A stretch of 64,000 bases of DNA from NCBI GenBank assembly GCA_013426185.1, contig CP058602.1, positions 74,231-138,230 of the forward strand, written 5' to 3'. The notes beneath the pieces are model-generated. The model was not told the origin of the DNA. It did not search any database and saw only the letters and a program-made list of their open reading frames with translations. A program made the position numbers and the translations under genes. Positions 61,420-64,000 of the stretch are shown here, in pieces (positions within the stretch are counted from its first letter, which is position 1; the number at the start of each line of letters is the position of its first letter). This stretch comes from Candidatus Woesebacteria bacterium. GTDB taxonomy: Bacteria > Patescibacteriota > Microgenomatia > UBA8517.

Positions 61420-61887
61420 ATGAAAATTAATAACAAAAAAAATTACAAAATGATTGGTTTTACCTTAATTGAACTTTTGGTAGTTATTGCTATTATTGGT
61501 ATTCTTGCTTCCTTAGCCTTGGTTTCCTATACTCGCTCGCAAAAACAGGCAAGAGACACAAGAAGGAAGTCAGATTTGAAACAGTATCAAGTTGCTTTGG
61601 AAAATTATGCTAATCAGAATAATGGTATATATCCTGTTAAAACGACTACTTTTCAAGCTGTTAGTTTTTGCAATTCTGGCCAAGCACTTTATGGGCTTTC
61701 TTGTCCAGACGATCCTGACGCTACAAGACATTATAATTATCTAAGTCTGAGCGACGGTTCTGAATATGCGCTTTGGGCTCAACTTGAGGCTTATCAAACT
61801 GGACAGTATTGGGTTGTTTGCTCAAGTGGTAAAAGCGGAGAAAGTACTACTCAGCCTTCAACTAGTAGTATTTGTCCGGTTCCATAA
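61420..61887 (+). CDS. Pilin/pseudopilin
   Basis: IG|FTLIELL, RDTRRKSDL; start uncertain (61420 or 61450). Confidence 0.9.
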   Translation: MKINNKKNYKMIGFTLIELLVVIAIIGILASLALVSYTRSQKQARDTRRKSDLKQYQVALENYANQNNGIYPVKTTTFQAVSFCNSGQALYGLSCPDDPDATRHYNYLSLSDGSEYALWAQLEAYQTGQYWVVCSSGKSGESTTQPSTSSICPVP

Positions 61888-61889
61888 TT

Positions 61890-62339
61890 ATGGTCTTATT
61901 TGATAACAAACATCTTAATGAAAAGTATCTTAAGGGTTTTACTTTAATTGAGCTTTTGGTGGTTATTTCTATTATTGGGATTTTGATTTCCCTTTCCCTT
62001 TTTGGAATTCAAAATTCGCGAAAGAGCGCAAGAGATGCTAAGCGCAAATCAGACCTTGAATCCATACGCTCTGCGCTTGAGATGTATAAAGCGGATAATG
62101 GCAGATATCCGTCTACTAGTTCTGGTATGAATGCTTCATCCCTCGCTATTTCAAGCTACATTTCTTCTGTTCCCACGGATCCTATTAGTGGAAGAATTTA
62201 TGTATATCGTTGCACTAATGTTAGTGGGTCTAATTGTCTTGCTTATGATTTATGTGCAGCTCTTGAGACAGGAAGCGGTTCCATATCGTGCGGCATAAGT
62301 TGTGGGGTAAGTTGTAATTATAAGACAACAAATCCTTGA
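61890..62339 (+). CDS. Pilin/pseudopilin (GspG-like)
   Basis: KG|FTLIELL, RDAKRKSDL, PTDP. Confidence 0.9.
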   Translation: MVLFDNKHLNEKYLKGFTLIELLVVISIIGILISLSLFGIQNSRKSARDAKRKSDLESIRSALEMYKADNGRYPSTSSGMNASSLAISSYISSVPTDPISGRIYVYRCTNVSGSNCLAYDLCAALETGSGSISCGISCGVSCNYKTTNP

Positions 62340-62350
62340 AAAATGTTTTT

Positions 62351-62956
62351 ATGGAATTAAAAACTGCCTTTAAAAATCGAGGTTTTACTTTAATCGAACT
62401 CCTTGTTTTCCTTCTTGTTGTTTTCATCTTAGTTGGTCTTGGTTACGCCAACTTTCGTAAGTACGCTCAAAAACAGGCTTTATGGGCCGTGGCAAGGCAA
62501 ATAGAAGGCGACCTCCACCTTGCTCAAAGTTATGCAATGTCTGGTAAGGATGCATCAAGTTGTATTTCTGGAACCTACCTTTATGGTTATCAACTTTTTA
62601 AGCTTAGCGATCGTTCTTATAGTATTCGCCGTGTTTGCCGTAGCCCACAAGGTACCTTTATTTATAGCGATGTGTCTCCTTATCGTTATATACCAGAAGG
62701 ATTTGAGATAGATAGAAACTTCTCTTTAGTTTCGTTTCGATCAGTTGTTGGTGGAGTTGATAGCCCCGTGTCTATTAATATTAGACGTAATTTAGCACCA
62801 AGTTCTTATATTGTTATAAATGTTTTATCAACAGGGGCGATTTCTTTATCTTATAGTGATGGAGGATCTGCTATATTTCCTACTTCTACACCTACACCAC
62901 CCGGAGATGTGTTACCGCCACCTGGCATACCCATTAGTACGCCCATTTTGTATTAG
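62351..62956 (+). CDS. Minor pilin (FimT/GspH-like) with Pro/Thr-rich tail
   Basis: RG|FTLIELL, DLHLAQSYAMSG, YGY. Confidence 0.85.
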   Translation: MELKTAFKNRGFTLIELLVFLLVVFILVGLGYANFRKYAQKQALWAVARQIEGDLHLAQSYAMSGKDASSCISGTYLYGYQLFKLSDRSYSIRRVCRSPQGTFIYSDVSPYRYIPEGFEIDRNFSLVSFRSVVGGVDSPVSINIRRNLAPSSYIVINVLSTGAISLSYSDGGSAIFPTSTPTPPGDVLPPPGIPISTPILY

Positions 62957-62982
62957 TTTGTTCATTTTATAATGAGTGAATT

Positions 62983-63435
62983 ATGAGAAAAAATCTTTTG
63001 AATTCAGGGCAGTCTCTGATCGAGCTTTTGGTGGCTTTGACTTTGATAATGCTTGTAGTTGTGGCGGTTGTCGGTTTAGCGGCCGTTTCTATCAAAACTT
63101 CCTATTTTGCCAAAAGAGAAACAGCTGCCAAAAGATATGTTGAGGAGGCGATGGAATGGTTGAGGGAACAAAAGAAAAGTGATTGGACTGATTTCTTGTT
63201 TACTAAGTCAACTACCACGAGTCAGACGTATTGTTTTAACTTGTCGCCTGTTACTAGCTGGCCAGTGGTTGGTTCTTGTAGCGGCGCGACTTTGGGTGGA
63301 ATTTATAAGCGGGAGGCGACTTTATTAAGGTCGTCTGATAACAAAAATGTAACAGTGACGGTGGTTGTTTCTTGGAGCGATTCATCAGGAACCCATGACA
63401 CAAAATTGGTTTCTGTCTTTACCGCGCCTAATTGA
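62983..63435 (+). CDS. Minor pilin (PilV-like)
   Basis: SG|QSLIELL, EAMEWLR, VTVVVSW. Confidence 0.85.
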   Translation: MRKNLLNSGQSLIELLVALTLIMLVVVAVVGLAAVSIKTSYFAKRETAAKRYVEEAMEWLREQKKSDWTDFLFTKSTTTSQTYCFNLSPVTSWPVVGSCSGATLGGIYKREATLLRSSDNKNVTVTVVVSWSDSSGTHDTKLVSVFTAPN

Positions 63436-63436
63436 T

Positions 63437-63913
63437 ATGTTTAAGAATAATCTGAAGGAAAAGGGATTTACTTTAATCGAGATGCTTGTTGTTATTGCTC
63501 TTTTTGCGGGTCTTGCTGTTTTGGTGGGTAGTATGGTGGGCTCATCCATGAAGGGAACGAAGAAAAGTGAATCGGTGATGAAAGTTAGAGCGGAGCTTGA
63601 AAATGCCGTTTCTATTTTAGAGAGGTCTTTAAGAGAAGCTAAAAAAGATTCGGTTATATGTAATGGCAATAGTACTGTTTCTTTTACTGATCAAAATGGT
63701 TTTAATGTTACTCTCAGTTGCTTGCCCCTTAGTAAGAACAGTGTTGAACTCATTAATAGTTCAAATATAAACTTAACAGCTTGTAACTTTGATTGCACTA
63801 ATCTCTCGAAAGGTGTTGTAGTTATAACTCTTACTGGCAGTAGTGCAAGTTCTAGTGGTGTTGAGGCTGACATTGCTACTGTTTCGGCGAGGGTTGTTTT
63901 AAGAAATTACTAG
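63437..63913 (+). CDS. Minor pilin (PilW/GspJ-like)
   Basis: KG|FTLIEML, ERSLREA, C-terminal VVLRNY. Confidence 0.85.
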   Translation: MFKNNLKEKGFTLIEMLVVIALFAGLAVLVGSMVGSSMKGTKKSESVMKVRAELENAVSILERSLREAKKDSVICNGNSTVSFTDQNGFNVTLSCLPLSKNSVELINSSNINLTACNFDCTNLSKGVVVITLTGSSASSSGVEADIATVSARVVLRNY

Positions 63914-64000
63914 GCTGAATTTTTGTAATTTGGCTGGCTCTTGACTTTGCTTTTATTTATTTCTAAACTGAATTAATCTATGCGATACCCTGCCAAGCTC

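Noticed and set aside
58674-63913. Diversity-generating retroelement or shufflon acting on the pilins
   Set aside because: No reverse transcriptase, TR/VR pair, inverted cassettes or adjacent recombinase seen.

Overview
This 64-kb window looks like the core chromosome of a Patescibacteria/CPR bacterium, probably Microgenomates-like (inferred from gene content, short EF-Ts, truncated RF1, short leaders and the pilin-rich locus). It carries housekeeping genes (dnaX, recR, cysS, ychF, folD, rpsB-tsf-frr, proS, rpsF-ssb-rpsR, prfA, rpmE, dnaB, efp, gyrA, gyrB), a tRNA-Leu(CAA), a single Xer recombinase with a dif-like site, an H+-PPase, and a type IV pilus cluster with about 10 pilin-like genes and a TMTC-like glycosyltransferase. 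The main unexplained signal is a family of 14 intergenic mosaic blocks (about 200-550 bp each, about 5.5 kb in total). They are built from about 13 different heptamer tandem-repeat modules joined in a largely conserved order. The blocks show signs of recombination: a 19-bp core found in both orientations, a 193-bp inverted repeat around an apparently flipped EamA gene, and a direct repeat of about 180 bp bracketing a 4.1-kb two-gene cassette between gyrB and gyrA. Several block ends supply or abut sigma70 promoter hexamers. ychF has a synonymously recoded duplicate 5' end separated by a hairpin, which resembles an integration scar. All counts and alignments were done by eye, and some rearrangements could be assembly artefacts.
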